Assembly: GCA_964567125.1 (NCBI GenBank)
Contig: CAZMLC010000001.1
Coordinates: 1 to 59,477, forward strand
Direction: 5' to 3'
Length of the DNA stretch: 59,477 nucleotides
Source of the DNA: an uncultured Akkermansia sp.
GTDB lineage: Bacteria; Verrucomicrobiota; Kiritimatiellia; RFP12; UBA1067
The notes under the pieces are model-generated. The model saw only the letters and a list, made by a program, of their open reading frames with translations. It searched no databases and was not told where the DNA came from. Below are positions 9,455 through 19,154 of the stretch, piece after piece. Made by a program: the position numbers and the translations under genes. How positions within the stretch are numbered: the first letter of the stretch is position 1; every line of letters starts with the position of its first letter.

Positions 9455-11527
9455 TTAGTCACGGTGCAGACCGATTTTCTCAACCGGGATTTGCTGAAAA
9501 TCCGGATTGTAGGTAAAAACAACCGAGTGCTTCTTCAACCGGAAATCCTGCGCATCAAGATTGTAAAAACCAGGATCCTCATTCGTCACGAAGTCGCTCT
9601 GGTCCAAGGTCCAACGCCCTGACCTCAGTTCGCCGCAACGGACGAAGAGATTGCCGATCGAATGGTTATCGCGCGGCGCATTGGGCTGCGGATTCATGAA
9701 GCCGACCAGCTCCGGGTAGTGCGTCGTGAAAGGAGGCTTGGTGATATCAACCGTTTTGAGCAGGCGTTGCTGCCACAAAGGAGCCTCAATGAAGTCCTTC
9801 CACCGCTTATCGCTCCACGGCGCAGAACCGAGCGCGCGCTTGCAACCGATAAAAATATTATTCTTCACAATATTGCCGTGGCCACCATGCGAAAAGACGG
9901 TTGCGAATGAACCCTTTCCTGGCTCGCCGCACTGGAAGAAGATATTGCCAACCACAAAATCGCCGCCATCGCCATCATCAAAATAAATGGCGGCATTACC
10001 GTGACCGCGCGGCGTCCCGATGTGCGTCCAGTAATTATAGCGGATCATATTGCCGCGGCACGAAGGATCGCGGCCCTTGTACAGTGCGCCGGCATCGTCC
10101 GCCGCGGTCAGAACGTTGCTGACCATGTTATATTCAAACACGTGGTCATTGCCGCTTATCGCAACAGCCTGATGGGGGGCATCGTGCAGGAAATTGTGCC
10201 GTGCCGTATTGCCGACACCGCCGATCATCAGCCCATTCGCATAGGTCAGCTGGTAAATCGAAAAACGCCAAATATGGCAATTCTCAACCACATGTCCGCC
10301 GGGGGTCAACGTCTTGCGATCTCCACCAAAGAACATGATGCCACCGGTACCCGTATCGTGTACATCGCATCCGGTAATCGTGTTCTTTTCGCCGCCCTGC
10401 ATATAAATGCCGGACTTGCGGATATTGCGGATGGTACAGTTCTGCACCACGACGAACGATGCGTCGCGGATCGATAGCGCATCAACGTTATTCTCCTCCA
10501 GGACAAACCCTTTGATCTGCACATGCCGAGCACCCTGCAGCTGAATCAAGCTGCTTTCGCCGACACTGACGCGAAGATCCTGAGTCGTAGCGCCAGCAGG
10601 CAGGATCAGGTCGATCGTTCCCGCCTCTGCATCGACGTAATATTCGCCCGGCACATCCAGTTCCTCTTTCACGTTGAGCGCGCGCCACCGCCGCGGCGAG
10701 GGATTTCCCTGGCGTAAGCCGTACTGATGTGGACGCTCCATCTTGATCTGCTTTTTGTCAACATCAATGGACTCCACGCGCCCGACATCGTCAAACCAGT
10801 CGAAACACCAGTACCCATGCAGCCAGACGCCTTTTTTGACATCCCAGCGCGCCGGCGCGTCGCCCGCATATTGGAAGGTACCGCCAATGCGCTCGGTGGG
10901 CCGCTGCTTGTTCGGATTCGCGGAATCCGTGACCGAACCATCGTTCATCATGGTTCCCTGATTGATAATCTTTTCAATCGTCGCCCAGCCTTCGTTGGGC
11001 CACTGCGCCAGATGCAGACGTTCGCCCTTGCAGAAGAGTTCCGGCACATTGAAGGGCATCCTGAAATTGGCGCCGGGACGCGACAGTTTACGTCCGGTCA
11101 GCTGTGTATAATTGAACCGGTAAATGCCGCCAGGAAGGGGCGTCAGCGCGGCACTAGGTACAGCGATCGACCCGCATAACACCGTACCGGGTTCAGCGAC
11201 GACCATCAGCGGCGCGTGCGCAGTCCCGCTATCCGCCTGGGTCAGTTCAAAACTCTGCTGAAGCGCATAACGTCCTTTGAGCACACAGATACCATAGCGC
11301 AGCGCCGGCGCCTCTTTCCGCGCCGCACGCACCGCATCGCGCGCAGCAACCAACGTGGCAAACGGATAGTCCTTGGACCCCTCGGCGCGCTGTGCAGCCG
11401 CGGACGAAACATAAAAAACATGATCGCAGTCGCGCAGTTCCGCACGTGTATTTACCGAACGTTCTTCCGCAAAAAGCATTCCCGCCACAAGCATCCCCAC
11501 GCTTGCGGCATATCGTTTAGTCATCAT
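9455..11527 (-). CDS. Secreted right-handed parallel beta-helix repeat protein (unassigned CAZyme candidate)
   Basis: 690-aa ORF with a signal peptide. Repeated rungs NCTIRNIRKSGIYMQGG / ITGCDVHDTGTGGIMFFGG / VENCHIWRF / ARHNFLHDAPHQAVAISGN / FEYNMVSNV. Confidence 0.6.
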   Translation of the reverse strand: MMTKRYAASVGMLVAGMLFAEERSVNTRAELRDCDHVFYVSSAAAQRAEGSKDYPFATLVAARDAVRAARKEAPALRYGICVLKGRYALQQSFELTQADSGTAHAPLMVVAEPGTVLCGSIAVPSAALTPLPGGIYRFNYTQLTGRKLSRPGANFRMPFNVPELFCKGERLHLAQWPNEGWATIEKIINQGTMMNDGSVTDSANPNKQRPTERIGGTFQYAGDAPARWDVKKGVWLHGYWCFDWFDDVGRVESIDVDKKQIKMERPHQYGLRQGNPSPRRWRALNVKEELDVPGEYYVDAEAGTIDLILPAGATTQDLRVSVGESSLIQLQGARHVQIKGFVLEENNVDALSIRDASFVVVQNCTIRNIRKSGIYMQGGEKNTITGCDVHDTGTGGIMFFGGDRKTLTPGGHVVENCHIWRFSIYQLTYANGLMIGGVGNTARHNFLHDAPHQAVAISGNDHVFEYNMVSNVLTAADDAGALYKGRDPSCRGNMIRYNYWTHIGTPRGHGNAAIYFDDGDGGDFVVGNIFFQCGEPGKGSFATVFSHGGHGNIVKNNIFIGCKRALGSAPWSDKRWKDFIEAPLWQQRLLKTVDITKPPFTTHYPELVGFMNPQPNAPRDNHSIGNLFVRCGELRSGRWTLDQSDFVTNEDPGFYNLDAQDFRLKKHSVVFTYNPDFQQIPVEKIGLHRD

Positions 11528-11550
11528 TGTTTTTCCCCCTCTTGTGTCCG

Positions 11551-12738
11551 TTACTTACGGTGTTTATTAAATCGCAGAAGCGCTTCAAGATAGTAATAGT
11601 CTGCATAGCAGAGCGGCACATCGATTTCAACATTTCCCGGCAAGTGCGACACGCAATGCATCAGGATATAGTGACCGTTCTCGCCGACTTTCGCGCGATA
11701 GGCTGGCGAAGAAAGTGAAAGCAATTGCGTCACGGCCATATCATAATAGCGGCGGGCACGCTCGCCCTCAACGTAGGTGCTAAGCTCCAACAGCGCGGAA
11801 GCCATGATCGCCGCTGAACTCGCATCGCGGGGCTCATTCGGAATCGCGCTCGCTTCAAAATCCCAATAGGGAATTTTGTCGGCAGGCAGATGCGGATGGT
11901 TGATCAGAAACTCCGCACTCGAGATGGCCCGCTTCAGATACGCGGCATCGCGCGTTTCGCGGTACATCATCGTAAAGCCGTAAAGTCCCCACATTTGCCC
12001 GCGCGCCCACGGCGCATCCGCCGAAGCCCCCTGTCCCGCATGATAACCGAGTATCTTGCCTGTTTTGGTGTTATAGTCAATGATGTGATAGGCACTGCCG
12101 TCAGCGCGGAAATGGCGTCTGTCCGTCGTGCTGGCATGGCTCTTCGCAATCGCGGCGAAGCGCGGATCGCCACCATTTTTCGATGCCCACATCAGCAACT
12201 CCAGATTCATCATGTTGTCGACAATCACCGGGAAGTTATAGCTGTTCCACGAACGCAGAAGCCCCAGCTTTTCATTGTAGCGCGTGCACAACGATGCGGC
12301 GCCATCCAGCAGGACCTCTTTGTATCCGGGCGGATTGACCAAGCGCAAACCATTACCGTAGCTGCAGTACAGCATAAAGCCGATATCGTGGTTCTCCGTA
12401 AAATGGCGGATCGGTTCCAGCCGCTGCGTGTAGGCAAGCGCCGCATTCTTCCAGGCGTCAGACTGCGTATACTCGTACAGGTACCAGAGCGTTCCCGGGA
12501 AGAAGCCACTCGTCCACCCTTTCGGCTTGACGGTTTTCAACTTCCCTTTTTCAAAGGAGTGCGGCAGATCATTCGTCGGGAATGCCTTCAGGTCCTCCAG
12601 CATCAGGCGATACTGGGCCTGTGCGTCGGCAAATACGGCCGGGATCAGCGCATCTAACGCGTCCTCTTTCTCCGTTGCCTGCACAAAACCCGCAGCACAC
12701 AACACCGAAACCAGCAAACCTGTGAAAAGACTTTTCAT
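11551..12738 (-). CDS. Glycoside hydrolase family 88 (unsaturated glucuronyl/galacturonyl hydrolase)
   Basis: 395-aa ORF with a signal peptide. (alpha/alpha)6-type motifs WTSGFFPGTLW, HDIGFM, IVDNMMNLELL and PYWDFEA...PRDASSAAIMASALLEL match GH88 as recalled. Confidence 0.75.
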   Translation of the reverse strand: MKSLFTGLLVSVLCAAGFVQATEKEDALDALIPAVFADAQAQYRLMLEDLKAFPTNDLPHSFEKGKLKTVKPKGWTSGFFPGTLWYLYEYTQSDAWKNAALAYTQRLEPIRHFTENHDIGFMLYCSYGNGLRLVNPPGYKEVLLDGAASLCTRYNEKLGLLRSWNSYNFPVIVDNMMNLELLMWASKNGGDPRFAAIAKSHASTTDRRHFRADGSAYHIIDYNTKTGKILGYHAGQGASADAPWARGQMWGLYGFTMMYRETRDAAYLKRAISSAEFLINHPHLPADKIPYWDFEASAIPNEPRDASSAAIMASALLELSTYVEGERARRYYDMAVTQLLSLSSPAYRAKVGENGHYILMHCVSHLPGNVEIDVPLCYADYYYLEALLRFNKHRK

Positions 12739-12762
12739 CTGTCGCGCTCCTTGTGTATTTTT

Positions 12763-13527
12763 TTATCGAGCAAGCCACCCGCCATCAACAGCCACGGTAT
12801 ACCCATTCATGTAATCCGAAGCCGGTGATGCCAAAAAGACCACAATGCCCATCAGGTCGTCAGGCGTTCCCCAGCGTCCCGCAGGGATGCGGTCAAGAAT
12901 GGCCTGGTTGCGATCCTTGTTTTCGCGGATCGGCCGCGTGTTTTCCGTTGCGATATACCCCGGTGCGATCGCGTTGCAGCAGATGTTGTGCTTGGCCAGT
13001 TCGTTGGCCATCAGCATGGTCAAGCTCTTGATGCCGCCCTTTGATGCCGCATAACCCGGCACGAGAATGCCGCCTTGGAACGAAAGCATGGAGGCGATAT
13101 TGATGATTTTTCCTCCGCGGCCCTGCTTGATCATCTGCGCGGCAGCCAACTGGCTGAGAAAGAACACAGCGCTCAGATTGATGCTGATCACATCGTCCCA
13201 ATTCTGTTCCGAATGCTCAACAAACGGTTCGCGGCGGATAATGCCCGCGTTGTTCACCAGAATATCGATGCTTCCCATCGTGGCAACGACCTCTTCCATC
13301 ACCTTCTTCGCCGCCTCTTGTCCAGCGCCGAGATTCGCGGAAAAACTCGCGGCTTTGCGTCCTAAAGCCACAATCTTCTGCACGGTTTCCGTGCAATCAA
13401 TCACATCGATCACAGCAACATTTGCCCCAGCCTCAGCCAAAGCAAGCGCATACGCCTGACCAATTCCGCGCGCAGCGCCCGTCACGACAGCCACTTTGTC
13501 TGTCACCTTAAACATATCCAGAATCAT
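12763..13527 (-). CDS. kduD: 2-dehydro-3-deoxy-D-gluconate 5-dehydrogenase (SDR)
   Basis: 254 aa, collinear with E. coli KduD along its whole length (KVAVVTG..., ILVNNAG.IRRE, GGKIINIASMLSFQGG, AIAPGY.AT.NT, ILDRIPAGRWG.P.DLMG..VFLAS.ASDY.NGYT.AVDGGWLAR). aaggag SD 6 nt upstream. Confidence 0.9.
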   Translation of the reverse strand: MILDMFKVTDKVAVVTGAARGIGQAYALALAEAGANVAVIDVIDCTETVQKIVALGRKAASFSANLGAGQEAAKKVMEEVVATMGSIDILVNNAGIIRREPFVEHSEQNWDDVISINLSAVFFLSQLAAAQMIKQGRGGKIINIASMLSFQGGILVPGYAASKGGIKSLTMLMANELAKHNICCNAIAPGYIATENTRPIRENKDRNQAILDRIPAGRWGTPDDLMGIVVFLASPASDYMNGYTVAVDGGWLAR

Positions 13528-13689
13528 TGTGTTCTCCTTTTGAACGCGTCCAACAGCATGGGGCTATTGTGGCATAAAAGGGGCTTCCATCTCCAGCGAA
13601 ATGATCGCAAAGTTGACGTAAAAACAGATCCCCGCACGCACGGGAAGCGGAGGCCCCGTCTGGATAAACCGCAGCGCGATGTTGCAGCC

Positions 13690-13718
13690 TTGATTTTAAC
13701 GGGCAAACCGAGTATTGT
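13690..13718 (+). promoter_or_regulatory. Candidate sigma70-like promoter for argG (TTGATT-17 nt-TATTGT)
   Basis: Hexamers and spacing read directly. Its position argues that the ORF-track ATG at 13722 is not the start codon. Confidence 0.35.
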
Positions 13719-13748
13719 AGTATGCACAAAAACAAGGAGTTTGGGATT

Positions 13749-14987
13749 ATGGCAATGACGTTAGCGGATTTAAAGGGATTAACGGTTGGTGCATGCGTTT
13801 CCGGCGGACTGGATAGCCGGACGATTTCCAAGGTGATGATCGAGTCGGGGGTCAAGGTGGTCGGCTTTTCCGCAGACCTTGGTCAACCGGACGAAAAAAA
13901 CATCATGGATATCAAAAAGCGCATGGCGCCCTGCGGCGTTGATACCGTGATTGTCGACCTCAAGAATGAAATGGCTGAGGCCTGCTTTGAAGTCGTCGAG
14001 GCGCAGGCCATGTACGATGGCGGATATTGGAACTCAACCGGTATCGCCCGCGCCGTAACCGTACGCGGTTTGATTCCTGAAATGAAAAAGTGCAAATGCA
14101 CAGTTCTGGTGCACGGCGCAACAGGCCGCGGCAATGACCAGATGCGCTTTGAACGCTACACCAATGTCCTGGCGCCCAAGATGCACGTCTACTCCCCGTG
14201 GCGCGATGCGGAACTGCTCAAGAAGTTCCCAGGCCGCACGCAGATGGTCGATTTCCTGGCGAAGTATGGCATCGAGGCCTTTGTCGGCTCCAAAAAGAAA
14301 TATTCCACAGACGCGAATCTGGCCGGTCTCTCGCACGAAGCCGAAGATCTGGAAAGCATGGAGACCTCCATGCTCATCGTCGCGCCGACAATGGGTGTCT
14401 GGCCGCAGCAGGCTCCTGACAAAATCGAAAAGTTTACCGTGCGCTTTGAAAAGGCCCGCGCGGTTCAGATCAACGGCAAGGATGTCTCGCCCCTTGAAGC
14501 GATGAAGCTCGTGAACAAGATCGCCGGCCGCAACGGCATCGGCATGAAACACGCGCTCGAAAACCGCATCATCGGGACCAAGAGCCGCGGTGTCTATGAA
14601 GCTCCTGGCATGGAACTGCTGGGAACCTGCCTGCGGTACGTCTATCAGGCGACCATGGACCGTCGTTCCGGACTGCTCTTCGGACAGCTCTCGAAGCTCG
14701 TCGCGGATCAGATCTACGATGGCCGCTATTTTGATCCTGCGACCCAGGCGGCGCGCGCAGCGATCGGAACCTTCGCCAAGTTCGCAAGCGGTACGGTTGA
14801 AGTGGGCCTTTACAAGGGGAACATCTTCTTCAACGCGCTGACCAACTGCAAGGCTTCGATCTACAATGAGGCGGACTCCTCCATGGAAGCCAGCAATGGG
14901 TTGAATCCCGTCAGCTCGCAAGGGTTCGCGGAAATTCAGAGCGTCGAAGCGCTGATGCTGGCGAAGGCTGGACAAATTCGCGCATAA
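13749..14987 (+). CDS. argG: Argininosuccinate synthase
   Basis: Motifs ACVSGGLDS (PP-loop) and GATGRGNDQMRFE. I chose the ATG at 13749, 9 nt after the AAGGAG at 13734-13739. Confidence 0.9.
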   Translation: MAMTLADLKGLTVGACVSGGLDSRTISKVMIESGVKVVGFSADLGQPDEKNIMDIKKRMAPCGVDTVIVDLKNEMAEACFEVVEAQAMYDGGYWNSTGIARAVTVRGLIPEMKKCKCTVLVHGATGRGNDQMRFERYTNVLAPKMHVYSPWRDAELLKKFPGRTQMVDFLAKYGIEAFVGSKKKYSTDANLAGLSHEAEDLESMETSMLIVAPTMGVWPQQAPDKIEKFTVRFEKARAVQINGKDVSPLEAMKLVNKIAGRNGIGMKHALENRIIGTKSRGVYEAPGMELLGTCLRYVYQATMDRRSGLLFGQLSKLVADQIYDGRYFDPATQAARAAIGTFAKFASGTVEVGLYKGNIFFNALTNCKASIYNEADSSMEASNGLNPVSSQGFAEIQSVEALMLAKAGQIRA

Positions 14988-15009
14988 CGTGTGAATGCGA
15001 GGCATCGCC

Positions 15010-15798
15010 ATGTTCGATGCACATACACACATCCATGATCAACGGCTTTCTGCGGTCTTTTCTGAACTGACGCAGAAAGCCGTTTCTGCACGCATCACCG
15101 GCGTATGCACCTGCGGAACAACGCAGCGCGACTGGAACGATGTCGCACGCGTCGCGGATCAGCCGCTACCCTTTGTCGTGCTCCCCGCATTCGGTATCCA
15201 CCCGTGGTTTAGCGCTATGGTCACCCCGGCCTGGGAAACAGAACTGCACGGCTTTCTCGACCGCTATCCAACAGCGCTGGTCGGCGAAATCGGCTTGGAT
15301 GGTCTGCGCGGCGATGTTCCGCGCGACCAGCAGCGGAACCTGCTGCTCCGGCAAATTGAAATCGCCTATGGAGAACAGCGTTCGCTTGTTCTGCACGGTG
15401 CGCGCGTCTGGGGCGAATTGACCGATATCCTTACGCAACACCGGAATCAGCTGAAGAGCTTTATGGTCCACGGCTTCAGCGGCTCGCAGGAAATCCTGCG
15501 CCGCATTCTGAATCTCGGCGGCTATATCTCCATCGGCGGTGCGGTCTGCAACGCCAATGCCGCGAAGCTCCGTGCACTGGTCATCGATATTCCAGAAAGC
15601 CAGCTGCTCCTCGAAACGGACTGTCCGGATCTCTTCCCCCTGCAGGGACACGTGTTAACGCACAGCCAGCAGCAAAAGCCGCTCAACCACCCGGCCAATC
15701 TTTCCGTCATTTGTAAAACGGTCGCTCAGCTGCGTCACTGCACGCCCGACGAGCTGTCCGACTCGGTCGGCAGCAACGCGCGCCGCTTTTTCCTGTGA
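15010..15798 (+). CDS. TatD-family metal-dependent hydrolase/DNase
   Basis: N-terminal MFDAHTHIHD plus LVGEIGLD, LVLH, MVHGFSG and LLLETDCP motifs. I chose the ATG at 15010, which has a gagg SD; 14995 is an alternative. Confidence 0.8.
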   Translation: MFDAHTHIHDQRLSAVFSELTQKAVSARITGVCTCGTTQRDWNDVARVADQPLPFVVLPAFGIHPWFSAMVTPAWETELHGFLDRYPTALVGEIGLDGLRGDVPRDQQRNLLLRQIEIAYGEQRSLVLHGARVWGELTDILTQHRNQLKSFMVHGFSGSQEILRRILNLGGYISIGGAVCNANAAKLRALVIDIPESQLLLETDCPDLFPLQGHVLTHSQQQKPLNHPANLSVICKTVAQLRHCTPDELSDSVGSNARRFFL

Positions 15799-15808
15799 GC
15801 ATGCGCGC

Positions 15809-16051
15809 TCAGTAGGTAAAGAGATCAGCAAATGAGTAGGTTTCCCCGGTCACATTCTGCAGGGCACGCAACACAATGTTTTTCGTATTGGCCGTCAACT
15901 TGCGTCCTTTGCATGCGCGGGCTACCATTTTGTGCGTCATCGGCACCTTGGAGGCCTGCACCAACGCGTGCGCGGTAATTCCCTTTTCACGCATAATCAC
16001 CGCAATCGGTTGCTCACCAAACTCTAACAGCTCCTTCTCCATGTACAACAA
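15809..16051 (-). CDS. Small hypothetical protein with possible Xre-like helix-turn-helix
   Basis: 80-aa ORF lying 12 nt downstream of the esterase gene on the same strand. The segment GITAHALVQASKVPMTHKMVARACKGRKLT has an HTH-like pattern. No family recognised. Confidence 0.4.
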   Translation of the reverse strand: MLYMEKELLEFGEQPIAVIMREKGITAHALVQASKVPMTHKMVARACKGRKLTANTKNIVLRALQNVTGETYSFADLFTY

Positions 16052-16063
16052 ACCTTTCTCGTT

Positions 16064-17365
16064 TTACTGACCATGCGTTGGGAAATCCAACGCGCGATAG
16101 ATCTCCGGAAATACGCGATGCGGCATGCCTAACCCATGCACAACGCGCTTCTGTGCGACGCGCAACGAATTGTAACCGGCATAACAGGCGGAGGGCGGAC
16201 ACGTTGAATCGATGAACCCAATCGATACCGCGTAAGGACAGGTGATCCGCGTTGCAAAATGGGCGCCGTCAAAATAGGGTGCGACGCGCGCAACAGCCTC
16301 TTTTCTCGCATCCGGATACGCCTCGACCAAGCGCGGCCATCCGGACGTGCGCTGCTGCGTATACCCCAGCAGATCCGTCAGCGCTGGAACATGACTCACG
16401 CCCTGTGTGAAATGGGTGTTCAAGCCGCACAGATAAAATCCGAATCCACCGCCTTGACTCGTGCCGCTGTACCAAAAACGCGTTTTGTCAACATCGGGGC
16501 GGGCTGCCACCCAGTTCACCGCGCGGTTGATACCGAGAATCACACGATAATAAAAATAGGTTTCCCGTGTGAGCGCCGAAGCGACGCAGTAGCGCTCGAC
16601 ACCCTCCTGTTTTTTGACATCATCGTTAAAGGCATCGTACACTTTTTTCTGCGCTTCACCATCGCCCGTCACCGGCGCAAAAAGATGCACATTCATCACG
16701 AGCGTTATGAACCCACGCGCAGCTGCTCCCGTCATCGGCCCAGAAACACCAGGCCCCGCACCAGGAACTTGCACAAGGACCGGCATCGACCGCTTCGCAT
16801 TCTTCGGCACGCACAGATACCCATAGACGCGTTTCTGATCAAAGGTGGCAAAGCTGACCAAGAAACTCTCATAGTTCGCGCTCGAATATTTCTCCAGCTT
16901 TTCCACGCGCGGATCCAGACGAACCTCACGCTCGAGCTTGGCAACTGACTGGTCCCAGAAAGCATCGAAATCCGCAGGTTTTGTTGATCCAGGACGGATC
17001 AAGTGCGGGTCAAACGCGACGCCCCACGTCATGTTGGTCTTTGACGCGCCCTGATAGGAAACCCGGCACATCATAAATCCAGGCGTCTTCAACGTTCCGG
17101 AAATGACCGCGACCTCCGCTGTCGCAAGCTGCACGCTAGTCTTTTTCAGCTCTGTCCACCCATCGTTGGTGAGACTGATGGAGAGCACGCCTTCCTTGAG
17201 CGGCGTTTTCCGGTCTGCACCCGTATACGCGCGAATGGAAAATCCTGCCTCTTCGCCGCAGGCATAGAGCGCGTTCGTATGATTTGAAACAATTTCAATG
17301 TGCTGTGCGAACAGCGCCTGCGCAAGCACACCGACCCCAAGCATCATCCACTCTGTTTTTTTCAT
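16064..17365 (-). CDS. Acetyl xylan esterase / cephalosporin-C deacetylase family (CE7-like) with extra N-terminal domain
   Basis: 433 aa with a signal peptide. Nucleophile elbow GTSQGGG. DFDAFWDQ and GYLCVP motifs typical of AXE1. Confidence 0.7.
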   Translation of the reverse strand: MKKTEWMMLGVGVLAQALFAQHIEIVSNHTNALYACGEEAGFSIRAYTGADRKTPLKEGVLSISLTNDGWTELKKTSVQLATAEVAVISGTLKTPGFMMCRVSYQGASKTNMTWGVAFDPHLIRPGSTKPADFDAFWDQSVAKLEREVRLDPRVEKLEKYSSANYESFLVSFATFDQKRVYGYLCVPKNAKRSMPVLVQVPGAGPGVSGPMTGAAARGFITLVMNVHLFAPVTGDGEAQKKVYDAFNDDVKKQEGVERYCVASALTRETYFYYRVILGINRAVNWVAARPDVDKTRFWYSGTSQGGGFGFYLCGLNTHFTQGVSHVPALTDLLGYTQQRTSGWPRLVEAYPDARKEAVARVAPYFDGAHFATRITCPYAVSIGFIDSTCPPSACYAGYNSLRVAQKRVVHGLGMPHRVFPEIYRALDFPTHGQ

Positions 17366-17447
17366 ACCGCCTTCCCTTTTTGAATGCGGCGTAGTTTAAC
17401 ACCTTCCCCCAGCAACGTAAATCCTCAATTCACGCCGCAAACGGAAC

Positions 17448-18809
17448 TTATTCAGCAACGCCTTTTCCGACACCGCGCGCATGAAACCCGATAGCGCGCA
17501 ACCCTGCGAGATCCAGCATATTGCGCGCATCAAAGAGAAACGCAGGCTTGCGCATCCCCGCATACAAGCGTGCGAAATCGAGCGTGCGGTATTCGGCCCA
17601 GTCGGTCAGCACCACGATCGCGTCAGCCCCCTGGGCTGCCTCATAGGGGTCTGTTGTGAAGTGTACGCGGTCCGCCACATCGAGCAAATCGCCCTGAGCA
17701 TGCGCCAGTGCCTTGGGATCGGTGATGGCCAGTTGCGCATGCTCATCCAGCAGCAAACGCGCAATGCGGAGCGCCGGCGATTCGCGCGTATCACCCGTGT
17801 TCGCCTTGAACGCAAAACCGAAAAGGGCGATGCGCTTATTCGCCACCGTATTGAACATTTCCAGGAGCATATTGCCGACCAGCCGTTCCTGCTGATAATC
17901 ATTGATCAGCACGACCTGGCGCCAATACTCCGCGACCTCTTTTAAGCCGTACGACTCACAGATGTAGACGAGATTCAGAATGTCCTTCCGGAAACAGGAG
18001 CCGCCAAAGCCGGGCCCCGCCTTGAGAAACTTTGCGCCGATACGTCCATCCATACCCATGGCCCGTGCCACTTCATCGATATCCGCGCCCGTCTCCTCGC
18101 ACAATGCGGAAATTGAATTGATTGAACTGACCCGCTGCGCCAGCATCGCATTGGCGACGAGCTTCGTTAATTCGCTCGACCAGACGTTCGTGGTCAGGAT
18201 CCGTTCGCGCGGCACCCACGCCGCATAGATGTCGACAATCGTCCCAATCGCAGCCAAACCCTGCGGTGTCTGATGTCCGCCGATCAACACGCGGTCCGGA
18301 TGCTCCAAATCGGCAATCGCGCTGCCTTCCGCCAGAAACTCGGGATTGGATATCACATCGAAGTGATAGCGCGGATGCTCTTGTAAGATTTGCTCCATCG
18401 CCGCCGCTGTGCGTACCGGCAGCGTGCACTTTTCGATAACAATCTTGTCGCTGTTCGCCGCGTTGACAATCGTCCGGGCCGTAGCCTCCCAATACTGCAA
18501 ATCCGACGCGCATCCCGCGCCGCGGCCAAACATCTTCGTCGGCGTATTCACACCAACAAAAATAATATCGCACGCTTGAATGGCCGCTTCGATATCCGTG
18601 CTGAAGAAAAGGTTACGGTTGCGCACGCGTCGAACAACATCGTCAAGTCCAGGCTCATAAATCGGCAACTGATCCGAATCCCATGCGGCAATGCGCTCCG
18701 CATTGATATCCACGACCATGACCGTCCGATCCGGACAATGCTCGGCAATCACCGCCATGGTTGGACCGCCAATATAGCCAGCACCAATACAACAAATATT
18801 TTTGTTCAT
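17448..18809 (-). CDS. ugd: UDP-glucose 6-dehydrogenase (eukaryote-like long form)
   Basis: 453 aa. ICCIGAGYIGGPT, LPIYEPGLD, NLFFS, NTPTKMFGRG and GGSCFRKD closely parallel animal UGDH. Confidence 0.9.
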   Translation of the reverse strand: MNKNICCIGAGYIGGPTMAVIAEHCPDRTVMVVDINAERIAAWDSDQLPIYEPGLDDVVRRVRNRNLFFSTDIEAAIQACDIIFVGVNTPTKMFGRGAGCASDLQYWEATARTIVNAANSDKIVIEKCTLPVRTAAAMEQILQEHPRYHFDVISNPEFLAEGSAIADLEHPDRVLIGGHQTPQGLAAIGTIVDIYAAWVPRERILTTNVWSSELTKLVANAMLAQRVSSINSISALCEETGADIDEVARAMGMDGRIGAKFLKAGPGFGGSCFRKDILNLVYICESYGLKEVAEYWRQVVLINDYQQERLVGNMLLEMFNTVANKRIALFGFAFKANTGDTRESPALRIARLLLDEHAQLAITDPKALAHAQGDLLDVADRVHFTTDPYEAAQGADAIVVLTDWAEYRTLDFARLYAGMRKPAFLFDARNMLDLAGLRAIGFHARGVGKGVAE

Positions 18810-19154
18810 CGCACATCCTCACAAACTATCGGATTAACAGGAAACTACGGTATCAAAAACCAGTCATCCTGAGAACCAGAATATACGTGCGTAACAGAGT
18901 ATTGATCGCAAGAAACAGCAGCGCACGCATGAATCCACCGCGTGCAGACAATTCACTAAAAGGCGACCTTATCATTTTGCGCAACAAATTGTCACACTAA
19001 AAACCGATTTTAACGAGCGTAAATGCAACACAAAATATTTAACAAAAAACTCACAAATGCCCCCTTGATTTCGGTCCCATAATGTGCAAGCATTCACGCT
19101 AGACAAAGCAGTAAACGATATCGCGATGACTGTCACATTGAAAAGGAATACATT

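Noticed and set aside
14034-15032. 332-aa ORF antisense to argG
   Set aside because: argG is unambiguous, and the antisense frame has shadow-ORF composition.
18761-19000. 79-aa ORF in the ugd/ICMT spacer
   Set aside because: It overlaps the ugd start, has low-complexity Asn/Arg/Ile composition in A/T-rich DNA, and has no SD.
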